From assembly GCA_930982035.1 (NCBI GenBank), contig CAKNJL010000001.1, positions 81,031 through 145,030 on the forward strand: a DNA stretch of 64,000 bases. The letters are read 5' to 3'. The notes under the pieces were generated by a model that was not told the origin of the DNA, searched no databases, and saw only the letters and a program-made list of their open reading frames with translations. This DNA is from an uncultured Clostridium sp. (GTDB taxonomy: Bacteria; Bacillota; Clostridia; TANB77; CAG-508). This document shows positions 18,679 through 29,411 of this stretch, piece by piece; position 1 is the stretch's first letter; every line of letters starts with the position of its first letter. The translations under genes and the position numbers were made by a program.

Positions 18679-20601
18679 TTATTGCATTTCTCTTATTACA
18701 ACATCTGATATTTTATCACATGCGTCTTTCTTTATATATTTTTTTTGATTTTCAATCATTTGATTTTGTAATGTTTTATCTTTTAGTAATTTTTTTGTTT
18801 TTTGTATTACTTCTTCTATTGTATCACATTTTATTGACATATTTCTACTTTCAAAAAATTTTGCATTATAATTTTCACATCCTGGTATTGGCATTGTATG
18901 AATAAATGGTTTCCTTAAAGTTGCTATTTCTGTAGTTGTTAGCCCTCCTGGTTTACTAAGTATAATATCGCTAGCCTTCATATAATTACTTATATTGTTT
19001 GTAAATGGTAATATTATTATATTATTTGTGTTTTTACATCTTTCTTTTAATATGTTATATACTTCTTCATTATGTCCACAGGAAACAATAAAATTGACAT
19101 TTTTTATTTCATTTTGCATTTTATTTATCATTTCAGTTATATTTCCAAACCCCATACTTCCTGTTAAAATCAAAATATATTTTTCGTTGACTTTAAAATT
19201 TAATTTTTCTTTGTATTCTTTTTTATCATATTCTTCTCTATACACTTTTGCTGTTGGAATTCCAAATGGTAATAGTTTTTCTTCTGGTATTCCTTTACTT
19301 TTAAAATCTTCTTTTAGTTCTTCACTAGGTATCACAAAATAATCCGGATTCGTTTCTTCCCAAAAAGGAATACAAACATAATCTGTTGCTATTGCCATAA
19401 ATTTTATATCATGTTCTTTTTTTATCGCTGTTAAAGACTGTCCTGCAAATAAATGTGTTGTAATTATATATTTATAATTATTATCTATGATATATTTATA
19501 TAATCTTTTTTTATTTAGAAAATTTAGAGCATATACTGGTGATTTTAAATTTGTTTTCTGATAAATTTCTCCTAATTTATATACAACTTTAAATACTTTT
19601 CCATTTTTTCTTGTAGAACTGATATACAGTTTATTAACCCTATTCCTAACACGAGGATTTATAATATCTAAATATTCTATAAAATCTGTTTCTATTCCTC
19701 TATCTATTAAATTTTCTTGGATGGCCCTAGCAGCTGAATTATGGCCTCCACCTGTTCCACAAGATAATATCAGTACTTTTTCTTTCAAATTTTTTTGTAT
19801 CATTTTTTCTATTTTATTATAAAAACAATTTAATTTCCCTATATATTGTTTATTCCATGGTTTGTTTCTACCATAATAATGTATAATGACTGTATTTTTA
19901 CAAATCCATTTTAATCCAATAGGATTTTGTGGATGATTAATATTATATGTATTTAATGTTCTCTCTCCTAGATTATATTTTAAACTATCTACTAATTTTA
20001 TTTTGTCTCCATATATTGATACAATAATATCTTGGTCTGGTAATAATAATTTCTTTTCATTTTCTTTTACAAATTCTTTTACTTCTTTTTCTATATTTAT
20101 CTTTCTTAATGCTTCTAAATTCATTAAAAGCACTCCTGTATTGATATATGGTTCATCTTCTTTTATATTTAATCTAATTTCATTTAATTTGTGTAATACT
20201 TTTTTTATATGTGTAGTTGCAATATAATAATTTCCATCAAATTCTGTTTCATATAATTCCTTCAAAGAATTGATAACAAGCGTATCTGCATCTAGATATA
20301 GTATTCTTTTTAGGTTCTGTGGTAAATATTTAGAAGCAAAAATCCTAAAATAAATCTCTGGTGGATATCTTTTTTCATATACTGGAAATTGACAAATTTC
20401 ATTTTCTGATATTTTTATAAAATTTATTTGAAATCGTCTTAAATCTATATTATTGTTAATTACTTTTTCATCATCCTCATCCAATTCTTTATGCAAAACA
20501 TATATATTAAAGTTTTCTTCACTATTAGAATACTGAATAGAATTTAATAATACATTTGCTTGTTTTAGGAATTTTTTATTTATAGTTATTAGAATATTCA
20601 T
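18679..20601 (-). CDS. GT8 glycosyltransferase fused to MGDG-synthase/UgtP-like glycosyltransferase
   Basis: YLDADTL, INTGVLLMNL, DQD, HYYG..KPW; then SCGTGGGHNSAA, TTH, ATDY, KPGGLT. Confidence 0.85.
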   Translation of the reverse strand: MNILITINKKFLKQANVLLNSIQYSNSEENFNIYVLHKELDEDDEKVINNNIDLRRFQINFIKISENEICQFPVYEKRYPPEIYFRIFASKYLPQNLKRILYLDADTLVINSLKELYETEFDGNYYIATTHIKKVLHKLNEIRLNIKEDEPYINTGVLLMNLEALRKINIEKEVKEFVKENEKKLLLPDQDIIVSIYGDKIKLVDSLKYNLGERTLNTYNINHPQNPIGLKWICKNTVIIHYYGRNKPWNKQYIGKLNCFYNKIEKMIQKNLKEKVLILSCGTGGGHNSAARAIQENLIDRGIETDFIEYLDIINPRVRNRVNKLYISSTRKNGKVFKVVYKLGEIYQKTNLKSPVYALNFLNKKRLYKYIIDNNYKYIITTHLFAGQSLTAIKKEHDIKFMAIATDYVCIPFWEETNPDYFVIPSEELKEDFKSKGIPEEKLLPFGIPTAKVYREEYDKKEYKEKLNFKVNEKYILILTGSMGFGNITEMINKMQNEIKNVNFIVSCGHNEEVYNILKERCKNTNNIIILPFTNNISNYMKASDIILSKPGGLTTTEIATLRKPFIHTMPIPGCENYNAKFFESRNMSIKCDTIEEVIQKTKKLLKDKTLQNQMIENQKKYIKKDACDKISDVVIREMQ

Positions 20602-20664
20602 AAATACTTTATTTACCTTTCTTTTTACTTTATTTCTACTTATATGATGATATATTTCTTTAAA

Positions 20665-21208
20665 TTATTTTTTCTTATTTACTATCAAATAAATAACAAT
20701 ATATAGTAAGGAAATTGGTAATATTGGGATAATTGAAAATGCAGATAAATACCATCTTAATGTAAATGCTAATGTCTCTATTACTCCGTTTACCATTCAT
20801 AACATATACAAAAAATATAAATATACCATGTATAAAATACAAACACCAACATACTATAGCAATATAAAATAATATTTTTTTAATATTTATCTTTTTACTT
20901 GTCTTCTCATTTTTGTTTTTAGTCTTCTCAAAGGTGATAATATAATATATTTGATATCCAATCCATAAACCAATTATCAAAATTATTGGCAGACTATAAG
21001 GAAACATTATAAATGACATAGCCCAAGTAAAAAAGATATTGCTAAGCAGAATTCCAATTGCATGAAATCCATATACAATTTCTTCCCCTCCAGGGTATCT
21101 GTAACCTCCAAAGGCATAACATATGCACATATATATTAAAATAGCATATGGTAACAACGATATACCAAATAATATGTGTTTCATATATTTTTTATTTTCA
21201 TTTTCCAT
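20665..21208 (-). CDS. Multi-pass membrane protein; last TM segment read in the +1 frame after CGG 20788
   Basis: Hydrophobic segments; +1 frame gives GVIETLAF..IPILPISLLYIVIYLIVNKKK*. Confidence 0.6.
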
Positions 21209-21467
21209 TATAATTCCCCTTTTTATTTCAAATTTCTGTTCCTTTAACCACCTTTTAATTAAATATTCTTTTCTCATTTTTTGCAATACTTTTAATGCTT
21301 TTTTCTATTATTTTCTCCTTTTTCATAATACTATAATTTTAAACTTTTTACAAGTTTTTTGCAAAAAATCTTCACTTCATTAATTAGTAACTTTTGGAGT
21401 GGAAAATGCATTTTAATATTGACACTTTGACTATATTATAATATTATTACCAAAAAAGGAGATTCTT

Positions 21468-22761
21468 ATGGAAAATGAAACATTTTATAAAACAATATCA
21501 AAATATGTCGATAAATTAACAAAAGAAGAATTAATAAATTTTATAGAAAACCTTATACGAAAAATCCCAAAAGATAAATTTGAGGAAGTATTATGTATGA
21601 CTAACAATTCAGAAAATCTCATTGATGATGAAAAAATTAAAACAAAAATCTCAAGATACCAAAAACAATTTAAACAATTTGATGAAGGAATACTTTATTT
21701 TTATACATATGAATCCCAAGATTACACATATGACTGGCAGGATTGGAATTCCGAATATGTAGATAAAGATAATGTAAGTGATATAATAACAAACTGTATA
21801 GAATACGCTATCCATCTAATAAATTATCGAAAATATAAATATGCAAAAGAACTATTTGACTTAATTTTAGATACAAATTATCAAGTATATTACGAAAAAT
21901 ATATTGATGAACTAACTAAAAATCATCCAATAATATAAACATTTGTCAGATGAAAATAATATAGATGAACTATTGACTTTAGGAAACTCTGTATTGTCAA
22001 CTATTGATAAGAATTCTCCAGTGGGAAGTAATATCTCTTTATATTTGTTATCTATAGATGTTGACCATAAAGAAAAACACATTTGTGATGCCTTTATGTT
22101 TAAGCCTTCTATTTCTAATTTACTAAGAATTATAAATAATGGCTATTTAAAAAAACATAAGGATGATATTATAAATAAAATATTAAGTATGAATTTTCAA
22201 GAGAATGATTATTATGAGTTACACAATCATATTTTATTTAGTGGCAAAGATTATTATTATCTTTTACAGTTTTTTTGTGGCAATTTTGAAGAATTTTATA
22301 ACGAAAACATTAATCATAATAAAACTTTAGGTTGGTCAAGTTCATTTCAAAAGACTTTGGTTTATTTATGGTTATTATTGTTGAATAATTCTAAAGAAAA
22401 AACTAAGTGTTATGATAAACTTTTATATGATATTTTTTCTGATATTGGTTATGATGATACTGAAAATGTAGCTTTAGGTGATTCTATCTCTGAAATATGG
22501 GAACGTTGGAAATCTAATTTTGATATACCTAACATTATAAAACCAAAAGTTCTATCTTGGCTAAAAGAAATAATTGAAAACAGAGTAGATGCTATTATGA
22601 AAGGAAATTATAGGAAAGCATATGATAGAGCAGCTCTTTTGGTAATTAGTTATAGTGAATTACTTTCAAACATTGAAGATAAAGAAGTTTATATTGATTA
22701 TTTTTATAATAAATATTCTAGACGTTCTGCATTTAAAGCTGAATTAGAAAAATTAATATGA
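21468..22761 (+). pseudogene. Hypothetical helical protein split in two ORFs (21468-21938, 21943-22761)
   Basis: RBS before 21468 only; second ORF abuts in another frame; ends KYSRRSAFKAEL. Confidence 0.5.
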
Positions 22762-22811
22762 GTTTAGAAAAAATAATATTGGGTCGCATTAAAATTGCAT
22801 TAAATCCATAT

Positions 22812-22841
22812 AAAAGAGAGAGTCTCAAAACTCTCTCTTTT
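22812..22841. terminator. Rho-independent hairpin; likely original tRNA-Leu terminator displaced by the island
   Basis: AAAAGAGAGAG..CTCTCTCTTTT, 8 bp from TGGTGC 22849. Confidence 0.65.
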
Positions 22842-23109
22842 CTCACTCTGGTGCCAACGAAGTAGTTATCTACAACTTTTTGGCTCTCTTGACGATTGAT
22901 ACAATCAATCAAGCTTATATATAGATTACCAGATTATTTAATAAAAATCAAGTAACTTAATAAAAATCTTTTTTGCGAAAATTTGTTTTTTGTATTGTTT
23001 TATTATAAATTGTATGCTATACTAACTGACATAGGAAATGAACATAGTAGTAGATATGTGTTGCCACTGCACTAGATAACTTTGGTTATCAGAAAGTGAG
23101 GTGGTGTTT

Positions 23110-23223
23110 ATGGGTTTTATACTTTTTTTAATATATGCCTTAATGGTATCATCAACAATAAACGTAGCCTTATTAACGATTTTATACATAAAATATGTAA
23201 ATTCAAAAATAAATAAGGAATAA
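23110..23223 (+). CDS. 37-aa hydrophobic peptide, putative type I toxin (not in ORF track)
   Basis: GAGGTGG RBS; MGFILFLIYALMVSSTINVALLTILYIKYVNSKINKE; promoter TTGTTT-17-TATACT (22995-23023). Confidence 0.7.
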   Translation: MGFILFLIYALMVSSTINVALLTILYIKYVNSKINKE

Positions 23224-23225
23224 AA

Positions 23226-23316
23226 TAACAACACATTCCACTATGCCAATATTGCGAATGTGTTGTTATAACTATATGTAGTGGTAACCGCATTCACTGC
23301 GGTTATTCATTTCCTA
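23226..23316 (-). ncRNA. Putative convergent antisense antitoxin RNA
   Basis: Minus-strand TTGACT(23350-23345)-17-TATAAT(23327-23322); hairpins at 23286-23304 and 23226-23270. Confidence 0.6.
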
Positions 23317-23420
23317 TACTTATTATACACAGATAATTAAGAAAAGTCAAATAAAATTTTAAATAATAAAATTCATTTAAATCATTATTACAAAAATCTT
23401 GTAATACTTGCTTTGGAGTT

Positions 23421-23843
23421 CTAATTATTTTCTGCTAATTTTTTCCTAATTAATATAATTCTATTTTTTGATTTTTCAATACTTTGCTCCAACTCATTGA
23501 TTTGTTCTTTATATAAAAGTTCTAACTTTTCTTTTTGACTAGCAGATAAATCATTTGTCAATTTAAATATATTCTTCTTGTTAATACCTATTTTTTCTAA
23601 TTCTTCCTGAATTGCTAATAATTTTTGTTTATCGGGATCTTCTTCAAATTTTATGCTTTTAAAAAATGAGTTATTTCCTTTATTTGTGCTTGTTTCCTCT
23701 TTAGTTATAGAAAAGTAATTAGAATTATTTTTTCCAAATAGTTTTCTTACAAAATTTATTAATTTTGATAAAATTCCTTTGTTTTTTATAACTTGTATAC
23801 TTGTTTCATTTGAATTTACCATAACATCCCCCTTAATTATCAT
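23421..23843 (-). CDS. Hypothetical coiled-coil protein
   Basis: Overlaps upstream gene; amphipathic LINFVRKLFGK and C-terminal coiled coil. Confidence 0.6.
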   Translation of the reverse strand: MIIKGDVMVNSNETSIQVIKNKGILSKLINFVRKLFGKNNSNYFSITKEETSTNKGNNSFFKSIKFEEDPDKQKLLAIQEELEKIGINKKNIFKLTNDLSASQKEKLELLYKEQINELEQSIEKSKNRIILIRKKLAENN

Positions 23844-25830
23844 CTAAAGATTGTTGGTTTTGTGGCAATTGTTTATCATATTCATATTCTAATTCTTTCG
23901 CTTTTTTAGCTTGTTCCCTCGTTTGCATTCTTTTAGTAGCACTCTTTAATATACTTGCTAAAAATTTATCTCTATCTTCTACATTTTTATATGCCTCTGG
24001 CATAACTTGCTCAATTTTTTCCATAGTTTCTAATTTTCTTTTTCTGCTATCAACAATATTTCCACTTTTGTCTTTTACTTCTTCACTTTGAGCTCTAGCA
24101 TCAGCTTTGCATAGTTCTAATAGTAATTGGTAATCCTCTAAACTTGGTATGTATTGTGCGTCATATTCTCCAGAGAATATTTTTGATTGAACATCTTCCA
24201 TATCAACTGAAATATTTATTGGATTTCCTCTGAAATCTTTAAAAACTGGTTCAACTCCATTATTATTTAAAGTAGAGCATATATATCTAATTTTTAGTTT
24301 GTTTTCATTATTGATGGCATTGTTTTTCTTATTTGTTTCTTCACTTTCAGTATGAGTAGGAAGATAGCTTTCAAATCCTAATTTGTCAAAATCATATTTG
24401 TTTTGAGTAACTATTTCAGATACCGTACTTGGATTTATTTCTCTAAAGAAAGCATGTCCTTTTTGTTTAGGATTAAGACTTGGTTTATAATTAATAAAGT
24501 CATCATGATGTCCTATAAAGAAACTAATTTGATTTATTTCACTTTCACTGTATCCTAAACTCTCAAGAATTGGCTTTGCAATATCAACAGAATGTACCGC
24601 ATGATTGTAAAAAGTTTGTTGTTCTGTTTTCGGATTAAATCCTGTTACATCTGGTTTACCAATATCATGAAAAAATGCAGCTACTTTTAGTTTTTTTGCT
24701 TGTCCTTCAGTTAATCCTGTAGTATCTACTGCCTCAACTGTATGTAATGTGTGTCCCCATAAATCATAACAATGGTGCATATTTTTTTGTTCAAAGCCTA
24801 CCATTCTTGCAACTTCTGTTCCAAGTTCAGCCTCTAATTCTTCTGGTGTTTTTGATAAGTAATATTCTACAACATCTTCTCTTAATAAACTTTCTTCAAA
24901 TTGTTGCCTTATATCATTTGTTGTTTTTGCTTTTGAAAGCTTTTGAATAGAATCTATACTTAAACCCAATTTTTCTAATTCAATAGGTTTTAATCTCAAT
25001 AATCTGGAATCATAATATTCTGGATTTTCTTTAACATCTTCCTCTAACTCTTGCATAGGTATAATATCTGTAGCTGAGTTCATTCCACTAAAATGAAGTA
25101 TGTCATTACCAACTCTTATATGTAATTCTGGTACTGTATCATTATATTCAAAAGGTTCTTCTTCAAAACCAAAATCTTTTCCTTCCTCAAAACCTGCTTT
25201 TTTTAGCATATCTAATAGTACATATATCTCATTATCTCTGTTTAACCCATTATTACTTGACTGTTCTTTTCCGACCATCATATCTTTTATTGTTTCTCTT
25301 AATTTGGCTCTGACAAGATTTTCTCTTGCATCAATAGCTTTATTTTTAGCTATTTCAACTGAATCTTCATTTTCTCTTGATGAACTTCCAATTTGTATTT
25401 GCTCTAAATCAATATCGGTTAAACTAACTACTTTCAGCATATCTTCTTCTAGTTCAACGCCTTCAAATCCATCTATCATTTCTTGGATAGATTCTATATT
25501 AGTTATATTAGGAATATCTTTTCCACCCCAAGTATGTGTAGATAGTCCTATATAATCACCATCTATTTTAATTACGAAAACAGAATAATCAGGTGAATCA
25601 TAATCACTTTGTAGAAAATTTATAAAATCTTTTCCTTCTGTAAATCCTTGTTCTTCTAACATCTTTATTAAAATAATAACTTCATCATCTGTAAATGTAT
25701 AATCTTCTTTTTCTTCTCTGCTCAATTCTTTTTTTTCTTTTCTAGCCATAACTGCTTCTTGTAATTTTGTTTTTATTAGTGTATATTGCTGTAACTTAAT
25801 TTGTTCATACATATCACTTATTTTACTCAT
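23833..25830 (-). CDS. Large protein with CCA-enzyme-type HD domain
   Basis: HHCYDLWGHTLHTV, FFHDIGKP, FYNHA, GHHDD, CKADARAQ. Confidence 0.75.
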   Translation of the reverse strand: MSKISDMYEQIKLQQYTLIKTKLQEAVMARKEKKELSREEKEDYTFTDDEVIILIKMLEEQGFTEGKDFINFLQSDYDSPDYSVFVIKIDGDYIGLSTHTWGGKDIPNITNIESIQEMIDGFEGVELEEDMLKVVSLTDIDLEQIQIGSSSRENEDSVEIAKNKAIDARENLVRAKLRETIKDMMVGKEQSSNNGLNRDNEIYVLLDMLKKAGFEEGKDFGFEEEPFEYNDTVPELHIRVGNDILHFSGMNSATDIIPMQELEEDVKENPEYYDSRLLRLKPIELEKLGLSIDSIQKLSKAKTTNDIRQQFEESLLREDVVEYYLSKTPEELEAELGTEVARMVGFEQKNMHHCYDLWGHTLHTVEAVDTTGLTEGQAKKLKVAAFFHDIGKPDVTGFNPKTEQQTFYNHAVHSVDIAKPILESLGYSESEINQISFFIGHHDDFINYKPSLNPKQKGHAFFREINPSTVSEIVTQNKYDFDKLGFESYLPTHTESEETNKKNNAINNENKLKIRYICSTLNNNGVEPVFKDFRGNPINISVDMEDVQSKIFSGEYDAQYIPSLEDYQLLLELCKADARAQSEEVKDKSGNIVDSRKRKLETMEKIEQVMPEAYKNVEDRDKFLASILKSATKRMQTREQAKKAKELEYEYDKQLPQNQQSLDDN

Positions 25831-26030
25831 AAACTTTCTCCTTCAATTAAAATACTACAAATATATAATAACATAAAAATATTCTTTTGTCTATTTTGTG
25901 GTAAATTTTTTACTTTAAATAAAGTTTTACGAGATATATTTAGTGCTTCGCTTATATAATTTGTAATATATTGAAAAATATATTATAATTAAGGTATATG
26001 AGCTTTATAAGAGTGATTGGAGGTATTGAT

Positions 26031-27464
26031 ATGAAGATTACACAAAAATTAGAATGGGATTATGAAGAAAATAAAATAACATCAACAGATTTTATGACAA
26101 GAGATACAATTAAAGATGTGGTTGCTGCTGAGCTTTTTATTCCAATTGTTGAAGAATTATATGATAAAAATATATTTACAAATTGGAGTGGACTAACAGG
26201 AAATGCTCACATAAGAATACCACTAGATGGCTTATCTAAAGAAAATTTTCTTATAGCAAAGCAAAATTGTGAAAATAATCCTAATCATTGGAAATTACAA
26301 AGACCACCATATAAAGATGTTAAAGACCTTTTACCAAACTACACTTTTGAAATATACGTAGACTATAAAGAAGGATTAACAGAAGTTTCAGATGTTGTTG
26401 ACCAATTGCTTAAAGAAGTAAGAAAATTATTATTTCAAGATGTTCAAATGGCACGAGAGGGATATGCAAAAGAAAGTCAACTGCCAAGAGTTGATATAAA
26501 GGGATTGTATAAAAAATCTGAATGCCCTGTTTTTAACATAGAAAAGCAAGAAGATGAAATGATTCCAGCAGAGTCATTTGAAGAATTATCTGAAATGTAT
26601 TTAGATGGCGATAATCCAGAATATTTTTATGATGAAGAAACAGAAACTTATTTTAGAAACAAAGAATTAATAGCAAAATCAAAAGAATATAGAGAATACG
26701 AAGTATCTTTAGAAAAAAGAAAAGAAAGAGCAATAGATGAAATAAGTAAAAGACTTAATCCAGAAATGACAGATGAAGAAAAATATAAAGTTATTTTTGA
26801 TTGGTGCGTTAATTATTTTAATTATGCATACTCTGGTTTAAATTATGCTTATGCAGAGCAAGAATGGAGAAAAGAATCTGATGAGAATTTGACTAAATAT
26901 TATAGAATTTATTGTAGAAAAAATAATTCTCAATGCGAACTTTTAGGTTTAGAAAGTAGAAAAAAATTTTTAGAAGATTCAAAAAATAATACAGATATTC
27001 CGATTGAAGCCATTGTGCGAACTCAAAAAATAATTGAACACTTAGAGGAATGTGAAGAATGTAAACAAAAAGAAAAAGGATTTATATCTGGAAATACGGA
27101 TAGTGTATGGCTTAGTAAATATGGTGTTTGTATGAATTTTGCAGAAATATATGAATTTTTGTGTGAAAAGTTTTCTTTACCTTGTAAGCATATACAAGGC
27201 TCAATCGATTCTGAAGGGTATAATGTAGGACATGCATGGAATGCAATAATGATAAATGGAAAATTAAAATATGTAGATATATCAAATGCAATTCATTGTA
27301 AAGATAGGAGCAATACAATTAATTTGCCTGAAGATTTTTTTGGTAAAACATTTGAAGAACTACAAACTATAGATGGTGGAAAAAATAGAAGAATAGCAAA
27401 AGGATTTGAAAAAAATATCAGGGAATTAATTAACAGCTCTGAAGGATGGAATGTAGGCGATTAA
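26031..27464 (+). CDS. Transglutaminase-like domain protein
   Basis: YGVCMNFAEIYEFLC, GHAWNAI, YVD triad; GGAGG RBS before ATG 26031. Confidence 0.75.
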   Translation: MKITQKLEWDYEENKITSTDFMTRDTIKDVVAAELFIPIVEELYDKNIFTNWSGLTGNAHIRIPLDGLSKENFLIAKQNCENNPNHWKLQRPPYKDVKDLLPNYTFEIYVDYKEGLTEVSDVVDQLLKEVRKLLFQDVQMAREGYAKESQLPRVDIKGLYKKSECPVFNIEKQEDEMIPAESFEELSEMYLDGDNPEYFYDEETETYFRNKELIAKSKEYREYEVSLEKRKERAIDEISKRLNPEMTDEEKYKVIFDWCVNYFNYAYSGLNYAYAEQEWRKESDENLTKYYRIYCRKNNSQCELLGLESRKKFLEDSKNNTDIPIEAIVRTQKIIEHLEECEECKQKEKGFISGNTDSVWLSKYGVCMNFAEIYEFLCEKFSLPCKHIQGSIDSEGYNVGHAWNAIMINGKLKYVDISNAIHCKDRSNTINLPEDFFGKTFEELQTIDGGKNRRIAKGFEKNIRELINSSEGWNVGD

Positions 27465-27535
27465 ATATTTAAGTAAAGCTAACTTAGGCATACTCTCAAA
27501 CAAGACGTATCCTAGTTAGCTTTAAATCTTTAATA

Positions 27536-27838
27536 TTAGATGATACTATTAATTAAATATAATACGACCTTATTTTTTTCAACATCTTCTATTTTCATTA
27601 TTTTAGCCATTACAAACATCACAAGTTGATATTTTGCAAAGTTTATGATAGTAGTTCTATATTCTTTATCAACTTCTTTTAGCATAGTATCAAATTTCTC
27701 ATACATTTCTGTTTTATTGTACAAGATATTAGAGCAATCACTTGTAGATAAACATATTCCTAATCTTAATTTATCTTTTAAACTCATACTATTTATTATA
27801 TTTACCAAATATTTAACTTTTTCATTTTCCATATTCAA
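27536..27838 (-). CDS. Small hypothetical protein downstream of relaxase
   Basis: Clean ORF with GGAGG RBS. Confidence 0.6.
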   Translation of the reverse strand: MNMENEKVKYLVNIINSMSLKDKLRLGICLSTSDCSNILYNKTEMYEKFDTMLKEVDKEYRTTIINFAKYQLVMFVMAKIMKIEDVEKNKVVLYLINSII

Positions 27839-27850
27839 ACTTCCTCCATA

Positions 27851-29269
27851 TTAAAATCTTGTATCGTTCTTCATTTTACTTTTTTCAGCTTTGTTTTCAT
27901 TTGGCATAGTTACTTTTCTATAAATATTATTGGCGATTTCATTATCATTGTTGTCAAATATGCCATTCTTATATAAATCATCACTAACTATTTTATAGTT
28001 TTTGTCATTATCATAGCATATTCGCTTATGGAAATGACTCATAATATTATGCCAAAAGTTTTTAAATTTTTTCAGTTCTTGTTTTATTTTTTCTTTTTCA
28101 GCCTGTAATTTGTTTATGATTTTATCTTTAGTAGATAATTTATTTTTTAGATTACTAATTTCAGCATCTTTTAACTCTAACTGATATTTTAGAGAACGAT
28201 TTTCTTGTGCTATCTCAAAAGAATTATGTTCAAAATCTTTAATTGCTATATTTAAGTCATTTACACTTCTAACAGTTTTAGTGATATCTTTTACGTCTTT
28301 AGTATAATTTTTAAGTTTCTGGACATCCTCGTTTGAAATAACCATATTATTTTTGTTTAGCTTAGTAGGCTTTAAGTTATCTAATATTGCATTAACATCT
28401 TTACTATAATTATCAAGTTGTTTTGTTTGATTATTAGCTTTTGCAAGTTTTTGTTCTTTCTGTTCTAGTTGTTTCTTTATTTTCCTATAATCTCCCATAT
28501 CCTTAACATTTATATCTTGATTTCTGCCTTTTTGTTTTTCTTTTAATTTTGTATCAACTTCATAAAACTTGTTATATAACTTAATACAAGCATTTCTCAT
28601 TTTATCTTGTATTTCAGTTAATGAGGTTTTAGTAAATACTTGTGATTTTCCCACTTGCTTTTTCATTCCTCTTTTGCAATTCTCAATAATTGGTACTCCA
28701 ACAATGTGTAAATGAGGAGAGGTTTCATCAAAATGTATTGTAGCATTTGCTATTTTAAAAGTTGGTACAATTTTAATTAAATCCTTTATTTGTTCATTAT
28801 ATACATCAATCATTTTTAATCTATATTCTTGGTCTTTATCATTCCAAAAGTCCATATCTCCAAGTTCTATTATAATTTCACAAGCTATATCATTTTGTGA
28901 ATCGCATACTTTTTTGAAATAATCTTCAATTTTTCTATCTTCACGAGTTTGTTTGTTATTATATTCTAGTCTTGCTTTTTCAAATTCATCTAAATATACT
29001 TGCTTAACATCATTTACAATATCATTTGTTCCATAAATTGTTCTAATTAATTCTCTTTGATTATCATAATCTCTTAAATTATGCTTATTAACTCTTGATA
29101 AATCATTAGCATTTTGAATTGCATTATTAGAAAGAGAAGTAGTACCTGATACATTTCCTTTGGAAACTTTCTTTGCCAATTTGCTTTTGTTTTTATCACT
29201 GCCCAAGTGAAAAGAATATGCTAATTCTTGCTCCAATAAAACCACCTCCTTGAACTTGCTTCGAAGCAC
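27851..29269 (-). CDS. MOBV/Pre relaxase of the outer element (start probably near 29238)
   Basis: HNLRDY, HFDETSPHLH (3H motif), coiled-coil tail. Confidence 0.85.
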   Translation of the reverse strand: MLRSKFKEVVLLEQELAYSFHLGSDKNKSKLAKKVSKGNVSGTTSLSNNAIQNANDLSRVNKHNLRDYDNQRELIRTIYGTNDIVNDVKQVYLDEFEKARLEYNNKQTREDRKIEDYFKKVCDSQNDIACEIIIELGDMDFWNDKDQEYRLKMIDVYNEQIKDLIKIVPTFKIANATIHFDETSPHLHIVGVPIIENCKRGMKKQVGKSQVFTKTSLTEIQDKMRNACIKLYNKFYEVDTKLKEKQKGRNQDINVKDMGDYRKIKKQLEQKEQKLAKANNQTKQLDNYSKDVNAILDNLKPTKLNKNNMVISNEDVQKLKNYTKDVKDITKTVRSVNDLNIAIKDFEHNSFEIAQENRSLKYQLELKDAEISNLKNKLSTKDKIINKLQAEKEKIKQELKKFKNFWHNIMSHFHKRICYDNDKNYKIVSDDLYKNGIFDNNDNEIANNIYRKVTMPNENKAEKSKMKNDTRF

Positions 29270-29311
29270 AGGACTTTGACTCTGTCATAAGTCCTAACCC
29301 AGTAGACTTAA
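29270..29311 (-). promoter_or_regulatory. Putative oriT of outer element (interrupted at ACTTAA)
   Basis: CTACTGGGTTA followed by IR AGGACTT..AAGTCCT just upstream of mob, same layout as 32774-32816. Confidence 0.55.
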
Positions 29312-29411
29312 GTTAAGTACACTTTTAAAAATTTATATTTGTAGATAGCTGAAAACGATATAAAATATAGTTCTAAAAAGTAGTAAAATTAAATTTTAGG
29401 AGGATTTTATT

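Noticed and set aside
23022-23234. 70-aa minus-strand ORF
   Set aside because: Antisense to the better supported plus-strand peptide, which has an RBS and promoter
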